A stretch of 64,000 nucleotides of DNA from an uncultured Oscillospiraceae bacterium (GTDB lineage: Bacteria; Bacillota; Clostridia; Oscillospirales; Oscillospiraceae). The stretch covers positions 11,661 to 75,660 of the forward strand of contig CANQFV010000007.1 of the NCBI GenBank assembly GCA_947599875.1. The letters are read 5' to 3'. Below are positions 28,061 through 37,981 of this stretch, one piece after another. Every line of letters begins with the position of its first letter. Position 1 is the first letter of the stretch. A program made the translations under genes and the position numbers. The notes beneath the pieces are model-generated. The model did not search any database. It worked only from the letters and a program-made list of their open reading frames with translations, and was not told the DNA's origin.

Positions 28061-29251
28061 ATGGATACGGAAGCTGCTCTTGACCGGGCCGGCAGGTATA
28101 TTGACGATCTCACCGTGGATTCCCCGGTAAACGCGCCGGAGGCGGTTCTGGGTGCCGGCGACCGGTTCTTCACCTGGGACAACGAGAAGCGCGCCCCGGA
28201 AAACGCCCCCTATCTCTACCACTGGAGCTACTACAACGGCGTGGTGATGGAGGGCCTCTTCGATATCCACAGGGCGGGGCACGACCCCTCCGGCCGGTAT
28301 CTGAGCTATGTCCGCCGCTACCTTGAGGGCCTTCTCACGCCCACGCCGGCGGGGGAGTGGACGCTGAGTCCGGAGAAGGCGGGGTATGTGGACTGCCACG
28401 GGGCGGACTGCTACAAGACGGCGGCCCTCCTTCTCGCCGCGGCGAGGGAGGACGACGGCTTCCTGCCGGTGTGCCGGAACCTGTACCGGGATCTGACGGA
28501 TGAGAATTACAGGAACTCCACAGGCCACATTGTGCCCGTGGAGTACAGCGAGGAGGCCCTGGGGCACAACTACTGGCACACCTGGGCCAAGGACAGGCCG
28601 CCGAAATACAAGGTCTGGCTGGACGGGATCTATATGCTCCAGCCCTTTATCGCCCGGTATGCCCGCCTCGCCGACGACGGACGGCAGCTGGCCCTGGTCC
28701 GGGAGCGGCTGGACTGGGTGTGGCGCACCCTCCGGGCGGAAAACGGCCTGTATTACCACGCGGGCAGCTCCAAAACCCAGGTGTGCCCCTACCACTGGAC
28801 GCGCTCGATGGGCTGGTACGGGATGGCGATGGCGGATGTGGCGGAGATCCTGCCGGAGAGGGACCGGGCGGGCCGCCGTGAGGCGCTGAGGGACTTTGCC
28901 GACGGACTGCTCCGCTGCCGCCTGCCCTCCGGCCTTTGGGCCAACCTGACCCGGCAGCCGGTGACGGAGACGAACCGGGAGGAGACCAGCGGCACGGCTA
29001 TGATGGCCTACACGCTGTTAAAGGGGGCGCGGCTGGGACTTCTGGATCGAACCTACGCCCAGGCCGGCGCCCAGTCGTTCCTGGCCCTGACGGAGCGGAA
29101 GCTCACGGACGGCCGCCTCAGGGACATCTACCTGAAGGCCTCCGCCAACGGGGCCAACAACTACGAGATGCCGGAGTATTACCTGACGGACGAGGGCAAG
29201 GGCCTGGGGCCGTACATCATGGCCTATTCGGAGATGCTCCGCTACGTTTGA
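28061..29251 (+). CDS. glycoside hydrolase family 88/105 (unsaturated rhamnogalacturonyl/glucuronyl hydrolase, YteR-like)
   Basis: YHWSYYNGVVMEG, DGIYMLQPF and WTRSMGWYGMA motifs. No signal peptide. Confidence 0.82.
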   Translation: MDTEAALDRAGRYIDDLTVDSPVNAPEAVLGAGDRFFTWDNEKRAPENAPYLYHWSYYNGVVMEGLFDIHRAGHDPSGRYLSYVRRYLEGLLTPTPAGEWTLSPEKAGYVDCHGADCYKTAALLLAAAREDDGFLPVCRNLYRDLTDENYRNSTGHIVPVEYSEEALGHNYWHTWAKDRPPKYKVWLDGIYMLQPFIARYARLADDGRQLALVRERLDWVWRTLRAENGLYYHAGSSKTQVCPYHWTRSMGWYGMAMADVAEILPERDRAGRREALRDFADGLLRCRLPSGLWANLTRQPVTETNREETSGTAMMAYTLLKGARLGLLDRTYAQAGAQSFLALTERKLTDGRLRDIYLKASANGANNYEMPEYYLTDEGKGLGPYIMAYSEMLRYV

Positions 29252-29264
29252 GAGGGGGACAGCT

Positions 29265-30164
29265 ATGGCTTATCTCTTTACGCATTTTACGGGGGAACAG
29301 CCTGACGGGGAGCAGGTGTACTTCTCCGTGAGCCGGGACGGGCTGCATTGGACGGATCTGAACAGGGGAGAGCCTGTCCTGCGCAATACCGTGGGGACGC
29401 TGGGTGTGCGGGACCCCTTTCCGGTGCGTCACCCGGTGACGGGGCGGTTTTACCTTATCGCCACGGATCTCCGGGTGGAGGCCGGCGTCACCTGGGCACA
29501 GTCCAAGACCGTGGGGAGCCGGGACATGATCGTGTGGGAGTCCGGCGACCTCCTCCAGTGGGAGGGGCCGCGCCCCGTGACGGTGGGGATCCCGGAGGCC
29601 GGGAACGTGTGGGCTCCAGAGGCCATATTTGACGAAAATCGCGGGGAATTTCTGGTCTATTTTGCCTCCAATGTGCGCTCCCCCGGGGAGACGGAGCGCC
29701 GGCAGAGGATCTACGCCGCCTACACCCGGGATTTTTGTACCTTCTCGCCCACGTTTTTGTATATGGAGAAGCCGGAGAGCGTCATTGACACCACCCTTTT
29801 CCGGGACGGGGAGCGACTTTTCCGGGTGACAAAGAGCGAGGTGACGAAGAAGCTGACGCTGGAGATGTCCCACGACCTGTACACCGGCTTTGTCCGGATC
29901 CCCTGCCCGGCGGTGGACGACTATTTCGGCCTTGAGGGGCCGGAGATCTACCGTCTGCCTGACGGGAGGCTGTGTCTCATCGCCGACCGCTTCGCCGCGG
30001 ACGAGGGGTATCTCCCCCTGGTGACGGGGGATCTGTCCACCGGGGCGCTGCGCCCCCTCCGACCGGAGGAGTACGACCTGGGACAGGCCAAAAAGCGCCA
30101 CGGGGGCATCTTGGAGATCACCGGGGCGGAGGCCCGCGCCCTCATGGACAATTCGTGGAAATAG
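29265..30164 (+). CDS. glycoside hydrolase family 43
   Basis: YFSVSRDGLHW, VRDPF, ATDL, WAPE and LEGPE five-bladed-propeller motifs. Confidence 0.82.
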   Translation: MAYLFTHFTGEQPDGEQVYFSVSRDGLHWTDLNRGEPVLRNTVGTLGVRDPFPVRHPVTGRFYLIATDLRVEAGVTWAQSKTVGSRDMIVWESGDLLQWEGPRPVTVGIPEAGNVWAPEAIFDENRGEFLVYFASNVRSPGETERRQRIYAAYTRDFCTFSPTFLYMEKPESVIDTTLFRDGERLFRVTKSEVTKKLTLEMSHDLYTGFVRIPCPAVDDYFGLEGPEIYRLPDGRLCLIADRFAADEGYLPLVTGDLSTGALRPLRPEEYDLGQAKKRHGGILEITGAEARALMDNSWK

Positions 30165-30255
30165 GACTCGTTTCCAACAAGAAGTTGCTTTTTTCATACC
30201 CGCATTTTAAAGATGATTTGTATAAACCGCCGGAAACGGCAAGGGAGGTTATTCT

Positions 30256-31068
30256 ATGCTCAATCCAGCTCTCCGCAATATCTACGTCTGTTTCCCCGGG
30301 GGAAAACATAAGGTACTCACCATGAGCTACGACGACGGGAAGCTCGAGGACCGCCGCCTTGTGGATATGTTCAACCGGCACGGGATCCGGGGCACGTTCA
30401 ATTTAAACTCCGGCCGGCTGGGGGAACCAAACCGCATCCCGCCCGCCGAGTTCACCACCCTCTATGCCGGCCACGAGATCGCCTGCCACACCTACACCCA
30501 CCCCACCATCGCCCGCAGCCCCATAGAGCAGGTGGCCCGCCAGGTGCTTCAGGACAGAGTGGAGCTGGAGAACATCGTGGGCGCCCCGGTGCGGGGCCTT
30601 GCCTACCCCAACGGCTCCACCTCCAGGGAGATCATGGCCCTGCTGCCGCTTCTGGGCATCCGCTATGCCCGGGTGGTCCCCACCACCGGGGAATTCGGGA
30701 TGCCGGAGAATTACATGGAGTGGAAGGGCACCTGCCACCACAACCAGGGCCTTTTGGAAAAGGGGCGGGCCTTTCTGGATCTCTACAAGACCCAGTACCT
30801 GTACATGATGTATGTGTGGGGCCACAGCTACGAGTTCCCCCTGCATGACAACTGGGGTATGATGGAGGAATTTTGCGCCATGATGGCCAACCGCGAGGAC
30901 ATCTGGTACGCCACCAACATTGAGATCGTGGACTATATGGACGCCGCCGGAAGGCTCCAGTTCACCGCCGCCGGGGACAGGGCCTGCAACCCCAGCGCCA
31001 TGCCGGTCTGGCTGGAGGTGGACGGAAAGAAGGTGGAGATCCCCGGCGGCAAGACCGTGATCTTTTAA
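30256..31068 (+). CDS. polysaccharide deacetylase (carbohydrate esterase family 4)
   Basis: MSYDDG (TFDDG-like) and CHTYTHP metal motifs. Confidence 0.82.
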   Translation: MLNPALRNIYVCFPGGKHKVLTMSYDDGKLEDRRLVDMFNRHGIRGTFNLNSGRLGEPNRIPPAEFTTLYAGHEIACHTYTHPTIARSPIEQVARQVLQDRVELENIVGAPVRGLAYPNGSTSREIMALLPLLGIRYARVVPTTGEFGMPENYMEWKGTCHHNQGLLEKGRAFLDLYKTQYLYMMYVWGHSYEFPLHDNWGMMEEFCAMMANREDIWYATNIEIVDYMDAAGRLQFTAAGDRACNPSAMPVWLEVDGKKVEIPGGKTVIF

Positions 31069-31085
31069 GCGGCGGGGAGGTCAAC

Positions 31086-33065
31086 ATGGAGTTTACGCTG
31101 AGAGAATACGGCGTCTCCGGCCGGGAACGGAACGAGACGCTTTTGGTGGAGGGCTGGGGCCGGGACGCCCTGAGGGTCAGGGCTACCTGCAACGCGGACT
31201 TCACCGGGGACCCGGTGGCCCTGGAGCGGGCCGCCGTCCCTGTGCGCGTCACCCTGGACGACCGGGGCGTGACGGTGGAAAACGGGAAGATCCGCTGCTT
31301 CATCTCCCACAGCGGCTGGATGGAATTTTACGCCGGGAGCCGCCTTATCCTGAAGGAGTATTACCGGGACTTTCGCGGCGCCAACGGCCACAGCCCCAGT
31401 ATGAAGCTGGCCGGCAGGGAGTTCAAGCCCGTCAGCGGCAGTGATTACGCCATCACGGCCCGGTTTGAGGCCTCCCCCGGGGAGAGGATCTTCGGCATGG
31501 GCCAGTACCAGCAGCCGAATCTGGATCTGAAGGGGTGCGTTCTGGAGCTTGCCCAGCGCAATTCCCAGATCAGCATCCCCTTTTACCTGTCCAACAGGGG
31601 CTACGGCTTCTTGTGGAACACCCCCGGGATCGGGGAGGCCGCCTTCGGGGCCAACTTCACCCAGTGGCGCAGCCGCCTGTCCCCGGAGCTGGACTACTGG
31701 ATCACCGCCGGCGACACGCCAAGGGACATCCTGGAAAACTACACCGCCGTGACCGGCCGCGCCCCGGAGTTTCCGGAGAACGCCCTGGGGCTTTGGCAGT
31801 CCAAGCTGCGCTACCGCACCCAGGAGGAGGTGCTTCAGGTGGCGCGGGAGTATCACCGCCGGGGGATCCCCCTGGATGTGATCGTCATTGACTTCTTCCA
31901 CTGGATCCGCCAGGGGGATTGGAGCTTTGACCCGGCGTACTGGCCGGATCCCAAGGGCATGGTGGAGGAGCTTCGCGGCCTCGGCGTCCGGTGCATGGTC
32001 TCCATATGGCCCACGGTGGACAGAAAGAGCGTGAATTTCGGCCCCATGCTGGATCGGGGCCTGTTTGTTCGCACGGAGCGTGGCTCCATCCAGTGCTTCG
32101 ACTTTCAGGGGGACACGGTGATCTACGACGCCCTGAACCCGGAGGCGCGGGCCTACATCTGGGACCGGGTGAGGGAGAACTATTACAAGGCCGGGATAGA
32201 CATGTTCTGGCTGGACGAGGCGGAGCCGGAGTACGCCGCCTATGATCACGAGCATTTCCGCCACTACACCGGCCCCGCGCTGAAGGTGGGCAACGCCTAC
32301 CCCGCGGCCCACGCCAGGGCGTTTTATGAGGGGATGCGCGCCCAGGGACAGACGGACATCGTCAACCTCCTGCGCTGCGCCTGGGTGGGGAGCCAAAAGT
32401 ACGCGGCCCTGGTGTGGTCGGGGGACATCCCCTCCACCTTCACCGCCCTGCGGGATCAGCTCAGCGCGGGGCTGAATATGGGCATCGCCGGGATCCCCTG
32501 GTGGACGTCGGACACAGGCGGCTTCTTCGGGGACGTGCGGGATCCCTACTTTAACGAGCTGCTTGTCCGGTGGTTCCAGTTCTCCACCTTCTGTCCGGTA
32601 CTGCGGATGCACGGCGACCGGGGGCCGCACGACATCCCGCGCCTCTCCCAGCTGGACTACGGCGGGGGCTTCTCCGAGACGGGCCGCCCCAACGAGCTGT
32701 GGAGCTACGGGGAGGACGTGTACCGGATCCTCAGGAAGTACCTGGATCTCCGCCTGGCCATGAAGGGGTACATCAAATCCCTGATGGACGAAGCCAGCCG
32801 CACCGGCTCCCCGGTGATGAGACCCATGTTCTACGAATTCCCGGAGGACGACAGGTGCTGGGAGGTGGACGACCAGTACATGTTCGGCGGCCGCCTCCTG
32901 GTGGCCCCGGTGCTGTGGCAGGGCGTGACGGAGCGGCCGGTTTACCTGCCCCGGGGGAAGTGGCGCTGTATCCACCGGGGCACGGTCTATGACGGAGGCT
33001 CCACTATCCTGGCCCCGGCGCCCCTGGAGTGGATCCCCGTCTTTGAAAAGCTCCCGGAGCCGTGA
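31086..33065 (+). CDS. glycoside hydrolase family 31 (alpha-xylosidase/alpha-glucosidase type)
   Basis: GIPLDVIVIDFFHW, DMFWLDEAEPE, WSGD, FCPVLRMHG. Confidence 0.88.
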   Translation: MEFTLREYGVSGRERNETLLVEGWGRDALRVRATCNADFTGDPVALERAAVPVRVTLDDRGVTVENGKIRCFISHSGWMEFYAGSRLILKEYYRDFRGANGHSPSMKLAGREFKPVSGSDYAITARFEASPGERIFGMGQYQQPNLDLKGCVLELAQRNSQISIPFYLSNRGYGFLWNTPGIGEAAFGANFTQWRSRLSPELDYWITAGDTPRDILENYTAVTGRAPEFPENALGLWQSKLRYRTQEEVLQVAREYHRRGIPLDVIVIDFFHWIRQGDWSFDPAYWPDPKGMVEELRGLGVRCMVSIWPTVDRKSVNFGPMLDRGLFVRTERGSIQCFDFQGDTVIYDALNPEARAYIWDRVRENYYKAGIDMFWLDEAEPEYAAYDHEHFRHYTGPALKVGNAYPAAHARAFYEGMRAQGQTDIVNLLRCAWVGSQKYAALVWSGDIPSTFTALRDQLSAGLNMGIAGIPWWTSDTGGFFGDVRDPYFNELLVRWFQFSTFCPVLRMHGDRGPHDIPRLSQLDYGGGFSETGRPNELWSYGEDVYRILRKYLDLRLAMKGYIKSLMDEASRTGSPVMRPMFYEFPEDDRCWEVDDQYMFGGRLLVAPVLWQGVTERPVYLPRGKWRCIHRGTVYDGGSTILAPAPLEWIPVFEKLPEP

Positions 33066-33095
33066 TTGCCCGGACTATGGAAAGAAGGTGCGCTT

Positions 33096-33701
33096 ATGCT
33101 GGATCTTGCGAAATTTGTATGGACAAGGGAGCCTGAGAGGTTTGCCCTGGGGGAGGATCGCCTCCTTGTGGTCACAAAGCCCCACACCGACCTGTGGCAG
33201 AGAACATATTATCACTTCCGCAACGACAATGCTCCGGTTTTCCAGATGGAGACGGGGGAGAAATACTTCTCCTTCACCGTGAAGACGGTGTTTCACAGCA
33301 AACGCCGGTTCGACCAGTGCGGGATCGTGATGTATCTGGACAGTGAAAATTGGCTGAAGGCCTCGGTGGAATACGAAAACGACCGCTTCGGCCATCTGGG
33401 CAGCGTGGTGACGAGCGGCGGCTACTCCGACTGGGCCACCACCCAGATCGACGCCTCTGTCCGGACGATGTGGTACCGGTTGAGCCGCCGGGAGGACGAT
33501 TTCCGGGTGGAGTGTTCCGCCGATGGGGTGAGCTTCTCCCAAATGCGCGTGTGCCACATGGCCAAAGCCGCGGGGGAGGTGCGCTTCGGCGTCTACGCCT
33601 GCAGTCCGGAGGACTCCTCCTTTGAGGCCGAGTTTTCCCACATGTGCCTGACGGAGTGCCTGTGGCCGCCCCATGACGGCCAGCCGGGGGAAAAGTCCTG
33701 A
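33096..33701 (+). CDS. DUF1349 (concanavalin-A-like lectin/glucanase fold) protein
   Basis: WTREP...DLWQRTYY...DQCGIVMY...WLKASVE pattern typical of DUF1349. Confidence 0.78.
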   Translation: MLDLAKFVWTREPERFALGEDRLLVVTKPHTDLWQRTYYHFRNDNAPVFQMETGEKYFSFTVKTVFHSKRRFDQCGIVMYLDSENWLKASVEYENDRFGHLGSVVTSGGYSDWATTQIDASVRTMWYRLSRREDDFRVECSADGVSFSQMRVCHMAKAAGEVRFGVYACSPEDSSFEAEFSHMCLTECLWPPHDGQPGEKS

Positions 33702-33797
33702 GGCCTGCTGCCGCCCTGCGCCCATGCCCCGCGGGAACACACTTGGGCGACAAGAGGGATTTTTTGCAAGGTAAAGCCCCGCAAAAAATATTAAATA
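33702..33797 (+). repeat. multi-hairpin intergenic repeat, copy e (3' half only; after DUF1349 stop)
   Basis: CCTGCTGCCGCCCTGCGC...CACTTGGGCGACAAGAGGGATTTTTTGCAAGGTAAAGCCCCGCAAAAAATATT. Confidence 0.7.
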
Positions 33798-33812
33798 ATT
33801 AGACAAAATTTG

Positions 33813-33837
33813 AGGCCTCCGGCGAAGCCGGAGGCCT
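33813..33837 (-). terminator. stem-loop terminator downstream of the AraC-family gene
   Basis: AGGCCTCCGGC-GAA-GCCGGAGGCCT, with a T-rich run on the minus-strand side. Confidence 0.55.
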
Positions 33838-33871
33838 TGCTGTCCGTATACTGATTTTGAATACCGGCCTT

Positions 33872-34744
33872 CTACTCCAGAGTCAGCCGGTACTCCGACG
33901 GGCTGATGCCCTTGGACTTCTTAAAGGCCCTGGAGAAGGCCAGGGCGTCCTCATACCCCACGGCCCGGGCGATCTCGCTGATCTTCCTGGAGGGATCCCG
34001 CAGGAGCATACAGGCCCGGTTCACCCGGTAGTGGACAAGGTACTCCTTGGGGGAGAGACTCAGGGCGTTCCGGAAAATGGCGGTGAGGTAGCTCCGGTCG
34101 ATGCCGATGTGGGCGGCGATGTCGTTGATCCGGATGTTCTCGCTCAGATGCTCGTCCATGTACGCCAGCGCCCTGTCTAAGTAGTCCCGGCCGTTCTGCC
34201 CGCCCTCCGGCCCCTCCGGGTGGGAGGAGGCGTAGTCCTCGATCAGCGCCGCCAGGATCTGAAAAAGCGCCGCCGTCCGCTTCAGCTCGTTGCTGACGCC
34301 GGAGGAGCGGGCCAGCATCATCTGCTGTACGCAGCTGAGGATATAGGAGCAGTTGGTATAGCGCCCAATCAGCTCCGTCTCGCTGATTCCCGCGCAGGCC
34401 AGATACGAGGCGGCCTTGATCCCCCGGAAGCCCACCCAGATGTACTCCCACGGCTCCCGCCGGTCGGCCTCATAAAAAACCTCCGTGTCCGGGAAGATCA
34501 CGAAATAGTCCCCCCGCCCCAGGGTGAAGGTCTCCCCGTTGACCCGGTAGATCCCCTTTCCCTCACAGACGAAGTGGATCAGATACTCGTCCCGGACCCC
34601 CGGGCCGAACCAGTGCCCCGGGGCGCAGTTTTGCACGCCGCAGGTGTTGAGGTAGAGATCCACGGTGTCGTTTTGCAGATTGTCCAGCAGCTGAAATCCC
34701 GCCGCGCTGATGTAGATCTCCTTTCCGCTGTCTCCCGCCGTCAT
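33872..34744 (-). CDS. AraC family transcriptional regulator (cupin sensor plus two HTH motifs)
   Basis: The C-terminal DIAAHIGIDRSYLTAIF...ISEIARAVGYEDALAFSRAFKK is classical AraC HTH. Confidence 0.9.
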   Translation of the reverse strand: MTAGDSGKEIYISAAGFQLLDNLQNDTVDLYLNTCGVQNCAPGHWFGPGVRDEYLIHFVCEGKGIYRVNGETFTLGRGDYFVIFPDTEVFYEADRREPWEYIWVGFRGIKAASYLACAGISETELIGRYTNCSYILSCVQQMMLARSSGVSNELKRTAALFQILAALIEDYASSHPEGPEGGQNGRDYLDRALAYMDEHLSENIRINDIAAHIGIDRSYLTAIFRNALSLSPKEYLVHYRVNRACMLLRDPSRKISEIARAVGYEDALAFSRAFKKSKGISPSEYRLTLE

Positions 34745-34875
34745 GGAAAGACCCCCTTTTTTTGCTCTCTCCCCAGAATACCATAAAAATGAAAAAATGC
34801 AAGATTCCCGGAAAAATCATTCCACATTTGTCCGTTACGATCCGACAAAATGCCATATGCCCGGGGGCGGCGCCG

Positions 34876-34884
34876 TGCTATAAT
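34876..34884 (+). promoter_or_regulatory. candidate extended -10 element upstream of the GH97 gene (poor -35, possibly AraC-activated)
   Basis: TGCTATAAT at 34876-34884. No good -35 at 17 nt. Confidence 0.3.
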
Positions 34885-34927
34885 GAGATCAGCGCGTTTC
34901 CGGAAGAAAGATTGGGGGGCTTTACCA

Positions 34928-37900
34928 ATGGGAAAAAACACGTTGAAAATTTGCCTTTGCGCCGTATTGGCGGTATTTCTGGGACTGGGCGTCCTGGCCC
35001 CGGCGGCGCGGGCGGAGTACGGAGGTGCGAGGGAATTGGCAGACGGCACAAAATTGACTCAGACGGGGCTGGAGGAGACATCCCCGGACGGAACCCTGGC
35101 GGTACAGATCTTAGAGGACGCCCAGGGACGCTTTGCTTACACCGTGACAAAGAACGGCCGCACGGCCCTTCGGCCGTCACAGCTGGGCCTGGAGACCCAG
35201 GAGGATCTGACCCAGGGCCTGAAGGTGGTGGAGGGCAGCGAAAAGCACGCCTCCGGCACGGAGACCTACACCCTGACAAGCGGCGCCAACAGAGCCGTGA
35301 GCGACCCCTACCGGGAGCTGTCCTTTGACCTGAAGAGGGGCGGGGGGCGCCTGCGCGTCACCCTGCGGGTGTTCAACGGCGGCGTGGCCTACCGATACAC
35401 CCTGTTCGGCCAGCCGGGCCAGAAGGTCTCCGTCACCGGGGAGGCCAGCGAGTACCTGCTGCCCCATGATGCCGTGATCTGGGCGGGGAACCCGGATGTA
35501 AACTACGAATTTGACTTTACAAAGCGCACAATGGAGGCGATCCGGGACATGTCCGGGAACATCTCCGTGCCAGTCCTGGCCTGCGACGGCCAGACCTGGG
35601 TGCTGATCTGCGAGGCCGCGGTCTACAACGACCCGGATCCCTACTGCGCCTCCCTCCTCACCACCCAGAGGGGATCCGAGAGCCTCCGGGTGCAGTTCGG
35701 AAACGGCCAGACAGGCCCGGTGGAGAAGACCTTTTTGGAGGACGGGACAGTCTCCACCCCCTGGCGGGCGGCCGCTGTGGCGGATAACCTGAACGACATC
35801 GTAAACGCCACCATCTTCACCAGCCTCAACCCCGATCCGGATCCGGAGCTTTACGCGGACACCTCCTACCTCAGGCCCGGCAAGGCCGCCTGGTCCTGGT
35901 GGTCGGAGTCCGGGGACGACCCGGTGGAGTACGACCAGCAAAAGGACTACATCGACTTCGCGGCGGCGAACGGCTGGGAATATGTGTGCATCGACTTCGG
36001 CTGGTGCCTGTGGGAGGACTACCAGACCAAGGTGAAGGAGCTTGCGGACTACGCCAGATCCCGGGGTGTGGGCATCATGCTGTGGTACGGCGTGAACAAC
36101 GACAATCACAGCGCCTTCCGGGACGCCCAGGGCAACGCCGCCTACCCCAAATACTCTCTGAAAACAGCGGAGCAGATGGAGGAGCAGTTCGCCTGGTGCC
36201 GGGAGGTGGGCGTCAGCGCCGTGAAGGTGGACTACTATGAAAACGACAACCAGTTCACCATGCGCCAGATGTATGAGTGCGCCACCATCGCGGCCAAAAA
36301 CCAAATCAACGTGCTGTTCCACGGCTGCACCGTCCCCCGTGGGGAGCAGAGGACGTTCCCCAACGTCCTGGGTTATGAGGCGGTCAGGGGCGCCGAGTCG
36401 TACAAGTGGAACGTCGGCCCCTCCACCGCCACGGAGCTTACCTATCTCTTCACCAGGAACGTCCTGGGGGGCATGGACTACACGCCCCCGGCCATGCAGG
36501 TGGAGCAGTCGGGCGCCACAGCCGGCTTCCGCCTGGCCCAGACCGTGGCCTACGAGTCCGGCCTTCCCAGCTTCGCCTCCTCCGTGTTCAAGCTGGAGGG
36601 CTGCGGCGGCCTGCCCCTGCTCAACGATGTCCCGGTCTCCTGGGATGAGACACGCCTTCTTGACGGCTGCCCCGGGGAGTACCTGGCCGTGGCCAGGCGG
36701 TGCGGCGACAGCTGGTATGTGTCCGCGATGACGGCGGCGGCCCGGGAGGAGCAGCTAAATCTCGGTTTCCTGGGGGAGGGGGAGTACAACGTCCACATTT
36801 TCCGGGACAACGAGGATGGGAGCGGCATAGAGGTGGAGACCTCCACGGCCCGGCGGGGCGACACCCTGTCCCTCCGGCTGAAGGCCGGCGGCGGGGCGGT
36901 TGTCCGGATCGCCAGATCCGATATGGATCTCACCACCCCCTATGACGGCATGGACTATTACGAGGCGGAGGACGAGGCCAATCTCCTCACCGGCGGGGCG
37001 GCCGTGGTGAAGAACCAGTTCGTCTCCGGTATGAAGCGCGTGGGCGGCATCGGCCTCGGGGAGGGGAACACCCTGACCTTTACCGGCGTCACCGTCCCGG
37101 AGGACGGCGTCTACGAACTGCGCCTGTATTACTCCACCGGCGTGGAGCGCAGGATCTGCATCGGCGTCAACGGCGGGGAACCCATCCGCACGGGGAAGCT
37201 GTGCTGCGGCGTCAACGCCCTGTCCGCCAGGAGCTTTTATGTGGAGTTGCGGGCGGGGGAGAACACCATAACCTTCTCCAATCCCCAGGCGAAGGCGCCG
37301 GACGTGGACCGCATCGCCATATCCAGAAATCCCACGGACAAGGCCCCCACGCCCACGGACGACACCGACGACGGCCAGGGGAGCGTGGACGGCCCCCAAT
37401 ATGACTACATCGCCTATGACCCCTACGAGGCTGCCCTCGCCGGCGGCGCCCGCGTGGAAAACGGCGGGATCGGGTGGCTGGGGAACGGCCCGTCCTGCAC
37501 CGCCGTCTTCCCCGTGACGGTGGGGGAGAGCGGCACCTACAAGCTGCGCGTCTGCTACTACACCGGCGAGACGCGGAATCTCCAGGTCAGGGTGGGACAG
37601 GGGGAACCCCAGACCGTCTCCTGCCCCAACACCGGCAGCTACACCACGGAGTCCGCGGATTACATCTATCTGGACGTGACCCTGGAGGCGGGGGAGAACC
37701 GGATCACCCTGTTCAACGCCTCCGGCTGGGCGCCCAACATTCTGGAGATTGCCGTCTCCGTGGCGCCCATAGACAAGTCCGGCGCCCAGGAGACGGAGGA
37801 ACCCGGCGGCACGTCGCCGGACACGCCGCCGGAGTCCCCCTCTGACCGGACGCCGGGGACAAGCTGGCCCATTTTTGCATCCGTCGCCGCGGCCCTCGCC

Positions 37901-37966
37901 GCCCTGATGGCCGGCGCGGCGGTGATAATCGTGAAGCACCGGAAAAACGGAAGAAAAGGATCATAA
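34928..37966 (+). CDS. secreted, membrane-anchored glycoside hydrolase family 97 with two CBM6/35-like modules
   Basis: Signal peptide MGKNTLKICLCAVLAVFLGLGVLAPAARA. VKVDYYEND and FHGCTVPRGEQRTFPNVLGYEAVRGAE (GH97 signature). Two YEAE...RL.YY lectin-like repeats. Pro/Thr linker plus a C-terminal TM helix. Confidence 0.82.
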   Translation: MGKNTLKICLCAVLAVFLGLGVLAPAARAEYGGARELADGTKLTQTGLEETSPDGTLAVQILEDAQGRFAYTVTKNGRTALRPSQLGLETQEDLTQGLKVVEGSEKHASGTETYTLTSGANRAVSDPYRELSFDLKRGGGRLRVTLRVFNGGVAYRYTLFGQPGQKVSVTGEASEYLLPHDAVIWAGNPDVNYEFDFTKRTMEAIRDMSGNISVPVLACDGQTWVLICEAAVYNDPDPYCASLLTTQRGSESLRVQFGNGQTGPVEKTFLEDGTVSTPWRAAAVADNLNDIVNATIFTSLNPDPDPELYADTSYLRPGKAAWSWWSESGDDPVEYDQQKDYIDFAAANGWEYVCIDFGWCLWEDYQTKVKELADYARSRGVGIMLWYGVNNDNHSAFRDAQGNAAYPKYSLKTAEQMEEQFAWCREVGVSAVKVDYYENDNQFTMRQMYECATIAAKNQINVLFHGCTVPRGEQRTFPNVLGYEAVRGAESYKWNVGPSTATELTYLFTRNVLGGMDYTPPAMQVEQSGATAGFRLAQTVAYESGLPSFASSVFKLEGCGGLPLLNDVPVSWDETRLLDGCPGEYLAVARRCGDSWYVSAMTAAAREEQLNLGFLGEGEYNVHIFRDNEDGSGIEVETSTARRGDTLSLRLKAGGGAVVRIARSDMDLTTPYDGMDYYEAEDEANLLTGGAAVVKNQFVSGMKRVGGIGLGEGNTLTFTGVTVPEDGVYELRLYYSTGVERRICIGVNGGEPIRTGKLCCGVNALSARSFYVELRAGENTITFSNPQAKAPDVDRIAISRNPTDKAPTPTDDTDDGQGSVDGPQYDYIAYDPYEAALAGGARVENGGIGWLGNGPSCTAVFPVTVGESGTYKLRVCYYTGETRNLQVRVGQGEPQTVSCPNTGSYTTESADYIYLDVTLEAGENRITLFNASGWAPNILEIAVSVAPIDKSGAQETEEPGGTSPDTPPESPSDRTPGTSWPIFASVAAALAALMAGAAVIIVKHRKNGRKGS

Positions 37967-37981
37967 CAGGAGGTCATCTCT